NCBI GenBank assembly: GCA_963676795.2
Contig: CAXXTB010000002.1
Coordinates: forward strand, 1,504,001 to 1,568,000
DNA length: 64,000 nucleotides
Direction: 5' to 3'
Source: Geopsychrobacteraceae bacterium
Lineage (GTDB): Bacteria; Desulfobacterota; Desulfuromonadia; Desulfuromonadales; Geopsychrobacteraceae
The notes below the pieces were generated by a model. It saw only the letters and a list, made by a program, of their open reading frames with translations, was not told where the DNA came from and did not search any database. This document shows positions 9,268 to 19,937 of the stretch, in pieces (position 1 is the first letter of the stretch; the number at the start of each line of letters is the position of its first letter). The translations under genes and the position numbers were made by a program.

Positions 9268-9510
9268 TGTCCACGAAAGACACGAAAAGCCCGAAAATTT
9301 GTAGCAAAATCTATTTCGCACAAAGACACAGGGAAGACAACTAACCGGATACCTCTACATTTGATGGGATTAGTATTTTAAGTCTGTTTTTGTCAGTGTG
9401 TGTCTGTGGCAAATATCAGGTTCCAGGTTGTCCTTTGTGTCTTGAACGAGCGCAGCGAGAGGGCGCGAGGCTGTAGATTTTTTTCGATATTTTCGTGTCT
9501 TTCGTGGACA
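9268..9510. repeat. Composite nested inverted-repeat element E3
   Basis: Perfect 21-bp terminal IR TGTCCACGAAAGACACGAAAA (9268-9288) / TTTTCGTGTCTTTCGTGGACA (9490-9510). Confidence 0.9.
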
Positions 9511-9518
9511 TCGGAATG

Positions 9519-9547
9519 AAAAAGGCTCCCGAGTTGGGAGCCTTTTT
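9519..9547. terminator. Bidirectional intrinsic terminator between manB and tpiA
   Basis: AAAAAGGCTCCC-gagtt-GGGAGCCTTTTT. Confidence 0.8.
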
Positions 9548-9558
9548 GTTATTCGGAG

Positions 9559-10311
9559 CTACTGGAATTTAACAATTCGGATGAAATCCTCAGCCTTGAG
9601 GCTGGCACCTCCAACCAGAGCGCCGTCGATATCATCCATCGCCATCAGGCCGTCGACGTTGCTCGGTTTGACGCTGCCGCCGTAGAGGATTCTTGTCGCT
9701 GCGGCGATCTCCGGGGAGTATAGTCCCTGGATCAGGCCGCGCACGAAGGAATGGGCTTCCTGGGCCTGTTCGTCGCTTGCGGTTACGCCTGTGCCGATAG
9801 CCCAGACCGGTTCGTAGGCGATGATGACCCTGTTCATCAGATCCGGGCTGATATCTTTGAGTCCACCAGTGACCTGGTTGGTCAGGACATCAAGCATCTG
9901 TCCCGATTCGCGCTCTTCGAGGGTTTCGCCGATACAGAGAATGACCTGAAGGCTTGATTCGAGAGCCTTGTGGACCTTCTGATTGATGAACTCGTCCGAT
10001 TCCGCCAAAAGCTGTCTGCGTTCAGAATGTCCGAGAATCACATAGTTGCAGCCGCAGTCTTCAAGCATCTCCGGAGATATCTCACCGGTGAAGGCGCCGC
10101 TGCCGCTCGGGTAGCAATTCTGGGCTGCGAGCCCGATGTTGCTGGATTTGACAATCTCGGCAACGGAGGAAAGGGCTGTGAAAACAGGAGCGATAATGAT
10201 CTCGCGATCGGTCACGTCCTTCAGGCCGTCGACCAGTTCCTGAGCCAGTTGTCTGGCTTCGCCAAGTTTTTTATTCAGTTTCCAGTTGCCGGCAATGACT
10301 GGTTTGCGCAT
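9559..10311 (-). CDS. tpiA: Triosephosphate isomerase
   Basis: [37 protein letters not shown]. Confidence 0.98.
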   Translation of the reverse strand: MRKPVIAGNWKLNKKLGEARQLAQELVDGLKDVTDREIIIAPVFTALSSVAEIVKSSNIGLAAQNCYPSGSGAFTGEISPEMLEDCGCNYVILGHSERRQLLAESDEFINQKVHKALESSLQVILCIGETLEERESGQMLDVLTNQVTGGLKDISPDLMNRVIIAYEPVWAIGTGVTASDEQAQEAHSFVRGLIQGLYSPEIAAATRILYGGSVKPSNVDGLMAMDDIDGALVGGASLKAEDFIRIVKFQ

Positions 10312-10321
10312 TGCTTCTCCT

Positions 10322-11512
10322 TTATTTATCGTTCAGGGCGACAACGCCCGGCAGTGCTTTACCTTCAAGGAATTCCAGGGAGGCACCGCCGCCGGTCGAG
10401 ATGTGGGTCATCTTGTCCTGCAGGTTCGACTTGTTGACAGCGGCGACAGAGTCACCGCCGCCGATGATCGACAGACAATCGGTTTCCGCCAGCGCTTCAG
10501 CAATGGCGAAGGTTCCCTTGGCAAAGGCATCGAATTCGAAGACGCCCATCGGACCGTTCCAGAGTACGGTCTTCGCCGCTCTGATCTTGTCCTGATAGGT
10601 TTTGATCGACTCAGGGCCGATATCAAGGCCCATCCCTGTTGCCGGGAACGAACCGTTGATGGCGATCAGGGCAGGGCTGTCTGCGGCAAAGGTTTCCGCG
10701 ACGTTGTGATCAGATGGGAGCAGGAACTCAACCCCTTTAGCCTTGGCCTTTTCGAGCAGGTCTCTGGCCATAGCCAGGCGGTCTTCCTCAACCAGTGATT
10801 TGCCGATCTCGAACCCTTGGGCCTTGAGGAAGGTGTAGGCCATGCCGCCGCCGATCAGGATGGTATCGACCTTTTCGAGCAGGCTTTCAATGACCAGGAT
10901 TTTGTCGCTGACCTTGGCCCCGCCGATGATGGCGATGAATGGCCGCTGTGGGCTGGCCAGTGCGCTACCGAGATACTGCAGTTCCTTCTGCATCAGGAAA
11001 CCGGCGACAGCCGGTTTGAGCAGGCGCGCAACCCCTTCGGTCGACGAATGGGCGCGGTGAGCAGTACCGAAGGCATCGTTGACGTAAACTTCAGCCAGTG
11101 CAGCAAGCTGCTTGGCAAACGCCGGATCGTTGTCGGTTTCCCCCTTGTGAAATCGGACGTTTTCGAGCAGGAGAACCTCGCCATCTTTCAATGCCGCGGC
11201 TTGAGCGGTAACCGCTTCACCGATACAGTCATCGGCCATGCTGACCGACTGGTCCAGCAGTTTGCCAAGGTGTTCGGCGACCGGCTTAAGGCTGTAGGCC
11301 GGATCCGGCGCACCTTTCGGACGTCCCAGGTGGGAGGCGAGGATCAGGCGTGCGCCCTGACCGAGCAGATGGCGAATAGTCGGCAGGGCGGCCTGGATAC
11401 GCGTATCGTCGGTGATCATGCCATCGGCGTTGATCGGGACGTTGAAATCGACACGGCAGAAAACGCGCTTGCCGCTGACACTGATGTCTTCAATAGTTAG
11501 CTTGTTGAACAT
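10322..11512 (-). CDS. pgk: Phosphoglycerate kinase
   Basis: [42 protein letters not shown]. Confidence 0.98.
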   Translation of the reverse strand: MFNKLTIEDISVSGKRVFCRVDFNVPINADGMITDDTRIQAALPTIRHLLGQGARLILASHLGRPKGAPDPAYSLKPVAEHLGKLLDQSVSMADDCIGEAVTAQAAALKDGEVLLLENVRFHKGETDNDPAFAKQLAALAEVYVNDAFGTAHRAHSSTEGVARLLKPAVAGFLMQKELQYLGSALASPQRPFIAIIGGAKVSDKILVIESLLEKVDTILIGGGMAYTFLKAQGFEIGKSLVEEDRLAMARDLLEKAKAKGVEFLLPSDHNVAETFAADSPALIAINGSFPATGMGLDIGPESIKTYQDKIRAAKTVLWNGPMGVFEFDAFAKGTFAIAEALAETDCLSIIGGGDSVAAVNKSNLQDKMTHISTGGGASLEFLEGKALPGVVALNDK

Positions 11513-11530
11513 GTACTTGAGCTCCGTTGC

Positions 11531-12532
11531 TTACTTGCCGGCGATATAGCAGGCCAGGTCAAAGACGCGGTTGGAATAACCCCATTCGTTGTCGTACCAG
11601 GAGAGAACCTTGACCATGTTGCCGCCGATGACGTTGGTGCTGTCGGCGTCGAGGGTCGATGAAGCTGGTGAGCCGTTGAAGTCCCTGGAGACCAGCAACA
11701 GTTCGGTGTAGTCGAGAACCCCTTTGAGGGTGGTTTCAGAGGCCTTCTTCATGGCGGCGTTGACCTCTTCGATACTGGTTGGTTTTTCTGTTTCGACGAC
11801 CAGGTCGACCAGCGAGACGTTCGGGGTCGGGACGCGGATCGCCATGCCGTCCAGTTTGCCTTTGAGCTCCGGAATGACCAGTGACATCGCCTTTGCCGCA
11901 CCGGTGGTGGTCGGGATCATCGAGACCGCGGCAGCACGGGCGCGGCGCAGATCCTTGTGCGGCAGGTCAAGTATGCGCTGATCGTTGGTATAGGAGTGGA
12001 TCGTGGTCATCATACCGCGGACGATACCGAACTCTTCAAGGAGGACCTTGGCGACCGGGGCCAGGCAGTTGGTGGTACAGGAAGCGTTGGAGATAATCTG
12101 ATGTTTGGCAGGATCGTAGTCTTTATTGTTGATACCCATGCAGATGGTGATGTCGGCATTTTTGCCCGGGGCACTGATGATGACGCGCTTGGCACCGGCT
12201 TCAAGATGGATGGCGGCCTTGTCGCGGTCGGTGAAGATGCCGGTCGACTCGATGACGATATCGATGCCGAGATCTTTCCAGGGGAGCTGAGCCGGGTCGC
12301 GCTGGGCAAAAATCTTGACGGCTTTGCCGTTGATGATCAGGTCATCGCCCTTGACTTCGACATCGCCGGGGAAAATGCCGTGAACAGAATCATACTTGAA
12401 GAGGTGTCCCAGTGTTTCAACGTCGGTCAGGTCGTTGATGGCAACAACTTCGATTTCCGATGATTGACTTGCTACGCGCATTACATTGCGGCCGATGCGG
12501 CCGAATCCATTGATAGCGATTCTGGTAGACAT
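11531..12532 (-). CDS. gap: Type I glyceraldehyde-3-phosphate dehydrogenase
   Basis: [27 protein letters not shown]. Confidence 0.98.
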   Translation of the reverse strand: MSTRIAINGFGRIGRNVMRVASQSSEIEVVAINDLTDVETLGHLFKYDSVHGIFPGDVEVKGDDLIINGKAVKIFAQRDPAQLPWKDLGIDIVIESTGIFTDRDKAAIHLEAGAKRVIISAPGKNADITICMGINNKDYDPAKHQIISNASCTTNCLAPVAKVLLEEFGIVRGMMTTIHSYTNDQRILDLPHKDLRRARAAAVSMIPTTTGAAKAMSLVIPELKGKLDGMAIRVPTPNVSLVDLVVETEKPTSIEEVNAAMKKASETTLKGVLDYTELLLVSRDFNGSPASSTLDADSTNVIGGNMVKVLSWYDNEWGYSNRVFDLACYIAGK

Positions 12533-12704
12533 TGATTTCCTCCTGAGTCTGCAATTTTAGAAGTGATTTTTTCAGGCTCTTCGCCCGTGTTCATCTGAAC
12601 ATTATAACCTCATTTGCCAGCGATTCGCAGGGTACATTAAAAAGATTGTTTTGCAAAACTATTTTCCCCCGACTAAGTAGCCATTTCTCTTGCGGTTTTT
12701 GTAC

Positions 12705-12733
12705 TTGCAGCAGGGGCGGATTTTAGGTATAAG
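12705..12733 (+). promoter_or_regulatory. Candidate sigma70 promoter of the yycJ-pur operon
   Basis: TTGCAG-N17-TATAAG. Confidence 0.45.
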
Positions 12734-12769
12734 GTCATCGCTCATCGGGGATGAAAGGATCAGTTCCAA

Positions 12770-13576
12770 GTGCGGGTATGTTTACTGGCCAGCGGCAGTC
12801 GGGGAAATAGCGCGGTTATTGAAGCGGATGGACAGCGCGTTCTGATCGATGCTGGTCTTTCGGCCATTGAAGTTCACCGTCGTCTGCAGTCTATCGACAT
12901 GTCGGCCGAGCAGCTGGATGCGATTCTGGTCACCCACGAGCATCACGATCATGTCGGCGGAATAGGGCCACTGGCACGCCGCTATCAGCTTCCTGTCTAT
13001 ATCGATCACAAGACCCACACGGCACTGCCGAAGTTGGGTCGAATTGAGGATCTTCGTCTGTTTTCCGCCGGAGATTCTTTTCATTTTCAGGACCTGAAAA
13101 TTTCATCTTTTTCCACAACGCATGACGCTGTTAATCCTGTCGGGTATTCTATAGAATCAGCCGAAGGAAAAATTGGCTTCGCAACAGATCTGGGGATGCC
13201 GACACGGTTGGTGACAGAACATCTGAAACAGTGTAGGGTGCTGGTGCTGGAAGCGAATCATGATGAGCAGATGCTGCAGGACGGGCCATATCCCTGGGAG
13301 CTGAAACAGCGCATCCGCGGGCGGCATGGACATCTGTCCAACAACGATACCCGGCGGATGCTGGAAGAGCTCTGCTGGCCCGGGCTCGATGCCCTGTTCC
13401 TGGCCCATTTGAGCGAAGAAAACAACTGTCCTGAACTGGCTGGCAGGGTTTTTCGGGAAACCCTCGATGCTTTCGGATTTAACACGACTATCGTGGTCGG
13501 TCGTCAGGCTGAAGCGAGCCATTGCTTTCAGTCCGATATGCCATCGGCCTGTTCACTATCACAAACTCTGGAGTAA
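12770..13576 (+). CDS. MBL-fold metallo-hydrolase, YycJ/WalJ family
   Basis: LASGSRGN, THEHHDH, HDA, TDLG, LEANHD, GHLSN, AHLSEENN. Confidence 0.9.
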   Translation: MRVCLLASGSRGNSAVIEADGQRVLIDAGLSAIEVHRRLQSIDMSAEQLDAILVTHEHHDHVGGIGPLARRYQLPVYIDHKTHTALPKLGRIEDLRLFSAGDSFHFQDLKISSFSTTHDAVNPVGYSIESAEGKIGFATDLGMPTRLVTEHLKQCRVLVLEANHDEQMLQDGPYPWELKQRIRGRHGHLSNNDTRRMLEELCWPGLDALFLAHLSEENNCPELAGRVFRETLDAFGFNTTIVVGRQAEASHCFQSDMPSACSLSQTLE

Positions 13577-13582
13577 AAGACT

Positions 13583-16564
13583 ATGGCCTGGAGAATTGTC
13601 GTAGGACTGAAACCTCATGTCAAAGACTCTCGCGGCGCGCGCGTACAGCGTGAACTGAAAGAGCACCTGGGGCTGGAGGTTGAGTCTGTACGGACTCTTG
13701 ACGTCTATACTGTTGATGCCGATCTGACCGATGCGCAGATCGAAGAAGCCGCTGCGGGACCATTCTCGGACCCGGTTATTCAGGATTACACCATCAATAA
13801 ACCGCTGGCAAAAGACTTCGATATGCTGATTGAAGTCGGTTTCCGTCCGGGGGTCACCGATAATACGGGACGCACAGCCAAAGAGGCGATTCAGTACCAG
13901 ACCGGCAAGAAGTTTACGGCCAGTGAAGGTGTCTATACCTCAACCCAGTATCTGTTCTGCGGCCTGAAGGACAAAAAGACGGCTGAAATCGTCGCCAGGG
14001 ATTTTCTCGCTAACGGCCTGATCCAGCGCTGGACTGTTCTGAGTGCCTCTGAACTCGATCCGCAGACCGGTGTGCCGGTGACGGTTCCCAGGGTCGTCAG
14101 TGATACGACTCCTGAGGTCAAGGTGATGAATCTCGATATCAGCGACGAAGCGCTGATGGAGATCAGCCGCCAGGGGATGCTCGCCCTGAACCTGGAAGAG
14201 ATGCTCAAGATCAAGGCCCATGTTGCTGACCCGGCTGTTATTGCCAAGCGCCAGAAGATGGGGCTGGGCGATGCCCTGACCGACGTCGAACTGGAAGCTC
14301 TGGCTCAGACCTGGAGCGAGCACTGCAAGCACAAGATCTTCTCCGCTTTAGTTGACTATGAGGATGAGCAGGGGAACAAGCAACAGATCGATTCGTTGTT
14401 TAAGACCTATATCGTCGGCGCGACCAAAAAGATTCGTGAGAATCTTGGCGACAATGACTTCTGTCTGTCGGTCTTCAAGGACAACGCCGGTGTCATCGAG
14501 TTCAACGCTGACTGGAGCGTGGTTTTCAAGGTCGAGACCCACAACTCACCGAGCGCCCTCGACCCTTACGGCGGCGCTCTGACCGGTATCGTCGGGGTTA
14601 ACCGTGACGGCGTTGGTACAGGTATGGGTGCCCGTCTGATCTTCAATACCGACGTCTTCTGTTTCGCTTCGCCGTTCTACGACAAGCCGCTGCCACCACG
14701 GCTGCTTCATCCGCGCCGCATATTTGAAGGTGTTGTCGAAGGGGTTGAGCACGGCGGTAACAAGAGCGGTATCCCGACCGTCAACGGTTCGATCGTCTTT
14801 GACGAGCGCTTCGCCGGCAAGCCGCTGGTTTACTGCGGTACAGCTTCAATCATGCCGCGTAACCTGCATGGTAAACCTTGCCATGAGAAGAAGGTTCAGG
14901 TCGGCGATCATATCGTCATGACCGGCGGCCGGATCGGCAAGGACGGCATCCACGGTGCGACCTTCTCATCCGAAGAGTTGCATGAAGGGTCTCCGGTCAC
15001 CGCTGTCCAGATCGGTGACCCGATCACCCAGCGCAAGATGTTCGATTTTCTCGCTGTCGCCCGGGATCGCGGCCTGTACAGCTCGTTTACCGACAACGGG
15101 GCCGGCGGGTTGTCTTCGTCGGTTGGTGAAATGGCTGAAGATACCGGTGGCTTTGAGATGCACCTCGACCGGGCTCCGCTCAAGTACTCTGGCCTGCGCC
15201 CCTGGGAAATCCTGATTTCCGAAGCGCAGGAGCGGATGACCTTAGCCGTTCCGCCAGCCAGGCTTGCCGAATTTATCTCCCTGGCCAACGAAATGGATGT
15301 CGAGGCGACCGACCTGGGGATCTTTACCGACAGCGGTTATTTCCACTGCCTCTATGAAGGGGAGACGGTTGCTTACCTGGATATGGAATTCCTCCATGCA
15401 GGCGTGCCGCAGATGAAACTGCAAGCCAAGTGGGAGCCGCCGCAAGTCAGCGAACCGCAACTGGCTGAGCCGGGCGACTACAGCGTTCAGCTGCAGGCGC
15501 TGTTGGCCAGACTCAATATCTGTTCCAAGGAGTCGGTCGTTCGCCGCTATGACCACGAAGTTCAGGCCGGTACCGTTATCAAGCCGCTGATCGGGGTCGC
15601 CAACGACGGGCCTTCCGACGCTGCAGTCTTCCGCCCTCTGCTCGACTCTTTCGAAGGGGTGGTCGTCTCCCACGGGATCTGCCCGAACTACAGCGATATC
15701 GATACCTATCACATGATGGCCAGCGCTATCGACGAGGGGCTGCGTAACTATGTCGCCGTCGGTGGTAACATCGATCATGTTGCCGGTCTCGACAACTTCT
15801 GCTGGTGTGACCCGGTCCTCAGCGAGAAAACTCCTGACGGCCCTTACAAGGCGGCCCAGTTGGTGCGTGCCAACCAGGCACTCTACGATTACTGCGTCGC
15901 TTTCGGTGTGCCGCTGATCTCCGGTAAGGATTCGATGAAGAACGATTACCAGATCGGCGACACCAAGATTTCGATACCGCCGACCGTGCTCTTTTCGGTC
16001 ATCGGCAAGATCGATGACAGCCGCAAGGCGGTCTCTATGGACGCCAAGAAACCGGGTGATCTGGTCTACCTGCTTGGCAAGACCTACGATGAACTGGGCG
16101 GTTCCGAGTATTACTCGTCGCGCGGCGAACTCGGCTGCAACGTGCCGAAGGTCGATTCGGCAACGGCGCTGCAGCGCTACCGCACAGTCAATCAGGCTCA
16201 GCGCGACGGCTTGCTTGCCTCCTGTCACGACCTGTCCGATGGTGGTCTCGGCGTCGCCGCGGCAGAAACCGCCTTTGCCGGCGGCTACGGCATGCGCATC
16301 GAGCTGGCCAAGGTCGATACCGAAGGAACCTTGCGTGCCGATACACTGCTGTTCTCAGAATCGCAGAGCCGTCTGCTGGTGACCGTCCGTCCGGATAATC
16401 GTGCTGTGTTCGAGGTCCTGTTTGCCGGCCAAAGCTGTGCGCTGATCGGTGAAATCACCGAAGATCCGACCTTCGTGGTCAATAATGCTCAGGGCGAAGC
16501 GATTATCTCGACCCGGATTGAAGATCTGAAAGAGGCGTGGCAAGCGCCGTTGCGGGAGATGTGA
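13583..16564 (+). CDS. purL: Phosphoribosylformylglycinamidine synthase synthetase subunit with N-terminal PurS-like extension
   Basis: WSEHCKHK, KVETHNSPS, DNGAGG, SEAQERM, SGKDS, HDLSDGG. Confidence 0.95.
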   Translation: MAWRIVVGLKPHVKDSRGARVQRELKEHLGLEVESVRTLDVYTVDADLTDAQIEEAAAGPFSDPVIQDYTINKPLAKDFDMLIEVGFRPGVTDNTGRTAKEAIQYQTGKKFTASEGVYTSTQYLFCGLKDKKTAEIVARDFLANGLIQRWTVLSASELDPQTGVPVTVPRVVSDTTPEVKVMNLDISDEALMEISRQGMLALNLEEMLKIKAHVADPAVIAKRQKMGLGDALTDVELEALAQTWSEHCKHKIFSALVDYEDEQGNKQQIDSLFKTYIVGATKKIRENLGDNDFCLSVFKDNAGVIEFNADWSVVFKVETHNSPSALDPYGGALTGIVGVNRDGVGTGMGARLIFNTDVFCFASPFYDKPLPPRLLHPRRIFEGVVEGVEHGGNKSGIPTVNGSIVFDERFAGKPLVYCGTASIMPRNLHGKPCHEKKVQVGDHIVMTGGRIGKDGIHGATFSSEELHEGSPVTAVQIGDPITQRKMFDFLAVARDRGLYSSFTDNGAGGLSSSVGEMAEDTGGFEMHLDRAPLKYSGLRPWEILISEAQERMTLAVPPARLAEFISLANEMDVEATDLGIFTDSGYFHCLYEGETVAYLDMEFLHAGVPQMKLQAKWEPPQVSEPQLAEPGDYSVQLQALLARLNICSKESVVRRYDHEVQAGTVIKPLIGVANDGPSDAAVFRPLLDSFEGVVVSHGICPNYSDIDTYHMMASAIDEGLRNYVAVGGNIDHVAGLDNFCWCDPVLSEKTPDGPYKAAQLVRANQALYDYCVAFGVPLISGKDSMKNDYQIGDTKISIPPTVLFSVIGKIDDSRKAVSMDAKKPGDLVYLLGKTYDELGGSEYYSSRGELGCNVPKVDSATALQRYRTVNQAQRDGLLASCHDLSDGGLGVAAAETAFAGGYGMRIELAKVDTEGTLRADTLLFSESQSRLLVTVRPDNRAVFEVLFAGQSCALIGEITEDPTFVVNNAQGEAIISTRIEDLKEAWQAPLREM

Positions 16565-16565
16565 T

Positions 16566-17381
16566 ATGTCCAAGACAGTAAAAGCGATTGTCATTGCCGG
16601 TAACGGCACCAACTGTGAGCGCGAGGTCGCCTACGCCTGCGAGCTGGCCGGTGCCAAGGCCGATATCGTGCATATCGCCGAGCTGCTGGCCGGGCGGGTC
16701 AAGCTTGCCGATTACCACTTTCTCAATCTTGCCGGTGGTTTTCTCGACGGCGATGACCTGGGCAGTGCCAAGGCCGGTGCCAACCGCCTGCTTTATGCCT
16801 CGGTCGTCGGTGGTCAGTCCCTGGCCGATCAGCTGAAGCAGTTTGTGGCCGACGGCAAGCTGGTTATGGGCGTCTGTAACGGTTTTCAGCTGCTGGTCAA
16901 GATGGGCCTGCTGCCTGCTCTGGGCGGTAGTCTGCAGCAAACTTGTACCCTGACACACAACGACGGCGGTCGTTTCGAAGACCGCTGGTGCTGGCTGAAG
17001 GTCGATGATGCCTCTCCCTGTGTTTACACCAAGGGGCTCGACAAGCTCTACCTGCCGGTCCGTCACGGCGAAGGAAAATTTGTCGTTGACAGCGAAGAGA
17101 CCCTCGCAGCGCTTGAAGCTCAGCACATGACCGTCGTCAAGTATGCGACACCAACCGGGGAAATCACCCATGATTACCCGGCCAACCCGAACGGCAGTGT
17201 TGCTGCCATCGCAGGGATCTGCGACCCGAGCGGACGGATTTTTGGTCTGATGCCGCACCCGGAAGCCTACATCCACCGTACCCATCATCCGCGCTGGACC
17301 CGCGAGGAACTGCCGGAAGAGGGGATGGGGTTGTGGCTCTATCAGAATGCCGTCCGTTTCATTGAAGCTGAACTGCTCTAG
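16566..17381 (+). CDS. purQ: FGAM synthase glutaminase subunit
   Basis: GTNCE, GGFLDGD, GVCNGFQ, HGEG, NPNGS, MPHPE. Confidence 0.96.
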   Translation: MSKTVKAIVIAGNGTNCEREVAYACELAGAKADIVHIAELLAGRVKLADYHFLNLAGGFLDGDDLGSAKAGANRLLYASVVGGQSLADQLKQFVADGKLVMGVCNGFQLLVKMGLLPALGGSLQQTCTLTHNDGGRFEDRWCWLKVDDASPCVYTKGLDKLYLPVRHGEGKFVVDSEETLAALEAQHMTVVKYATPTGEITHDYPANPNGSVAAIAGICDPSGRIFGLMPHPEAYIHRTHHPRWTREELPEEGMGLWLYQNAVRFIEAELL

Positions 17382-17394
17382 GAGTTGATTGTCA

Positions 17395-18804
17395 ATGTTT
17401 GATAAATTGCATGAAGAATGTGGCGTTTTTGGTATCTTCGGTCATCCGGAAGCTGCCAACCTGACTTACCTCGGTCTCTATGCCCTGCAGCATCGCGGCC
17501 AGGAGAGCTGCGGCATCGTAGCCTCCGACGGCTGTCGCCTGAAATCCCACCTGGGGATGGGGCTGGTGGCCGATGTCTTCAAGAGTGACGACATCTTCGA
17601 AGGACTGCCGGGAAAGTCGGCTATCGGTCACGTTCGCTATTCGACAGCCGGCGGTAACGGCCTGCAGAACTGCCAGCCGATCATGGTCAATTATTCCCGT
17701 GGCAGTATCGCGGTCGCTCACAACGGCAACTTGGTCAACGCTCAGGAGATCCGCAACGCTCTCGAGCAGACCGGTTCGATCTTTTCGACCACTGCCGATA
17801 CCGAGACGATCATTCACCTGATCGCGCGCACCCAGTCCGATTCTCTGGTTGAGCGGATTTCCGAATCGCTGAATCAGATCCGCGGTGCCTACAGTCTGGT
17901 CTTTCTGACCGAGACCCGTATGGTTGCCGTACGCGATCCTAACGGTTTCCGTCCGTTGAGTCTCGGCAAGGTCGACGGTGCCATCGTCGTCGCCTCCGAG
18001 TCCTGCGCTTTCGACCTGATCGAGGCCGAATATATTCGTGAGGTTGAGCCGGGTGAGATGATCGTCGTCGACAAGGACGGCATGAAGTCCTATTTCCCGT
18101 TCAGCAAGGAAATTCAGCCGACCCCATGTATCTTCGAATACATCTACTTTGCACGTCCGGACAGCCGCATCTACGACCGCATGGTCTACCCGGTCCGCAA
18201 GGAGTTCGGTCGCGAGCTGGCCCGTCAGTTCCCGGTTGACGCCGACCTGGTCATGGCGGTTCCTGACTCAGGTGTGCCGGCGGCGATGGGCTATGCGGAA
18301 GAATCCGGCCTGCCGTTCGAACTGGGCCTGATCCGCAACCACTATGTCGGGCGGACCTTTATCGAGCCGCAGCAGTCGATCCGTCACTTCGGTGTCAAGT
18401 TGAAGCTCAACCCGGTACGTGAGATCATCCAGGGCAAACGTGTTGTCGTTGTCGATGACTCGATTGTCCGCGGAACGACATCGCGCAAGATCGTCAAGAT
18501 GATCCGTAATGCCGGCGCCAAAGAGGTTCATGTGCGGATTTCCAGTCCGCCGACCAGTTTTCCCTGCTTCTACGGCATCGACACCCCGTCACGTAAAGAG
18601 TTGATTTCGGCATCGCATACGGTTGATGAGATTGCCCGCTATATTACTGCTGATTCGCTTTGCTACCTAGAGAACGAGGGTATGCATCGGGCTGTCCAGC
18701 GCTTTGGTGCCGAGAAGGTTTCCTTCTGTGATGCCTGCTTCAGTGGCAAGTATCCGGTGAAATTTCCGCGACTGAAGGATGACAATCAGCTCGGGTTGTT
18801 TTGA
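17395..18804 (+). CDS. purF: Amidophosphoribosyltransferase
   Basis: Propeptide MFDKLHEE|CGVFG, QHRGQE, HNGN, VDDSIVRGTT; Fe-S Cys motifs (CIFE, CFYG, CDAC). Confidence 0.97.
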   Translation: MFDKLHEECGVFGIFGHPEAANLTYLGLYALQHRGQESCGIVASDGCRLKSHLGMGLVADVFKSDDIFEGLPGKSAIGHVRYSTAGGNGLQNCQPIMVNYSRGSIAVAHNGNLVNAQEIRNALEQTGSIFSTTADTETIIHLIARTQSDSLVERISESLNQIRGAYSLVFLTETRMVAVRDPNGFRPLSLGKVDGAIVVASESCAFDLIEAEYIREVEPGEMIVVDKDGMKSYFPFSKEIQPTPCIFEYIYFARPDSRIYDRMVYPVRKEFGRELARQFPVDADLVMAVPDSGVPAAMGYAEESGLPFELGLIRNHYVGRTFIEPQQSIRHFGVKLKLNPVREIIQGKRVVVVDDSIVRGTTSRKIVKMIRNAGAKEVHVRISSPPTSFPCFYGIDTPSRKELISASHTVDEIARYITADSLCYLENEGMHRAVQRFGAEKVSFCDACFSGKYPVKFPRLKDDNQLGLF

Positions 18805-18850
18805 TATTAGATAGTTAGGTTGAAATCTTAAAGTTATTTCGAGGTTTGAC

Positions 18851-19405
18851 ATGCAGATTAAAGAAGAACTGAAAGCGATTATCAAGGAACTTTCTTACGA
18901 AGAGCGCGAGGTCACTCTGGCCTCGGGACGTAAGAGTAACTTCTATTTCGACGGTAAGCAGACTGCGCTGAACGCGCGTGGCGGCCTGCTGGTTGGTAAA
19001 GCCTTCTGGAGTGTTATCAAGGAACTGGGTGTCCAGATCGACGGTGTCGGTGGCCTGACCCTTGGCGCTGATCCTCTGGCGACCGCAACCTCGATTGCTG
19101 CGCAACTTGAAGGGCAGGATGTGCATGCCTTTATTATCCGCAAGGAGCCAAAAGGGCACGGTACCGGTCAGTGGCTCGAGGGGCGCAAGAACCTGCCGCC
19201 CGGATCCAGGGTTGTCATCGTTGAGGACGTCACCACCACCGGTGGTTCTTCGATGAAGGCTGTCGAGCGTGCCAAGGAAGAAGGGCTCGAAGTCGTCGCC
19301 ATTGTCACCCTGGTCGATCGCGAAGAGGGGGCACGTGAAGCGATTGAAGGGGCAGGCCAGGTGCTGCGCGCTGTTTTCACCAAGAGTGAAATCGTCGGCG
19401 CCTAA
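18851..19405 (+). CDS. pyrE: Orotate phosphoribosyltransferase
   Basis: TLASGRKS.FYFD, RKEPKGHG, VEDVTTTGGS. Confidence 0.95.
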   Translation: MQIKEELKAIIKELSYEEREVTLASGRKSNFYFDGKQTALNARGGLLVGKAFWSVIKELGVQIDGVGGLTLGADPLATATSIAAQLEGQDVHAFIIRKEPKGHGTGQWLEGRKNLPPGSRVVIVEDVTTTGGSSMKAVERAKEEGLEVVAIVTLVDREEGAREAIEGAGQVLRAVFTKSEIVGA

Positions 19406-19434
19406 GCCGACAAAAGCCTATCTGGATATGTATT

Positions 19435-19467
19435 AAAAAATGGCCGGCAGAGTTATCTCTGCCGGCC
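19435..19467. terminator. Terminator-like hairpin between convergent pyrE and nadB
   Basis: GGCCGGCAGAG / CTCTGCCGGCC stem preceded by A6. Confidence 0.6.
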
Positions 19468-19525
19468 TCAGTTCGTTTCATCTGGTTTTTATCAAAACTC
19501 CGGAACACGGAGTTTTTCCGATTCT

Positions 19526-19889
19526 GCCCATCAGGTGAGCAGGCTCACCGTGGGGCGCGCTGTCAATTGCTGGTGTGATACTACGAAGAGATGAAGGCTG
19601 GATAGCGACAATGTAAAAGAGCGTTTTTGCCTCCTTTTGTCGCTCTGGACAAAAGGAGGGCGCCGTCCGGGGGCGCGACACCGGGCCCTTGATTTTTGCC
19701 TGTTGGATAATTCATAAAATCAAATTCGCCGGTTCTCGCACCGGCTGGCGACATACTTTTTTGAATCGTCAAAAAAGTATGCAAAAAAGCTCTTCTCTAA
19801 TACTGACGTAAGTCGTTCATACCGTTCACTAATAGTTCATACCAGCGAAACGGAAAGCGCCCGATGAGGAGCAGGCTCCTCAAACGGGC
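19526..19889. repeat. REP-like modular palindromic repeat cluster
   Basis: Two inverted ~64-bp homologous modules (19621-19684, 19727-19790) and two GAGC-AG-GCTC hairpins (19526-19556, 19859-19889). Confidence 0.7.
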
Positions 19890-19937
19890 AACACCGAATT
19901 AAAATCAATCAAATTCTGACTTCGCCAGCTCCGTCAT

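Noticed and set aside
2457..9510. CRISPR array interpretation of the periodic repeats
   Set aside because: Units are 9-10 nt, degenerate and inverted; there are no constant repeats with unique equal-length spacers and no cas genes.
13583..16564. Unusually long PurL with no separate purS
   Set aside because: An N-terminal PurS-like fusion with separate PurQ is an ordinary arrangement in this lineage.
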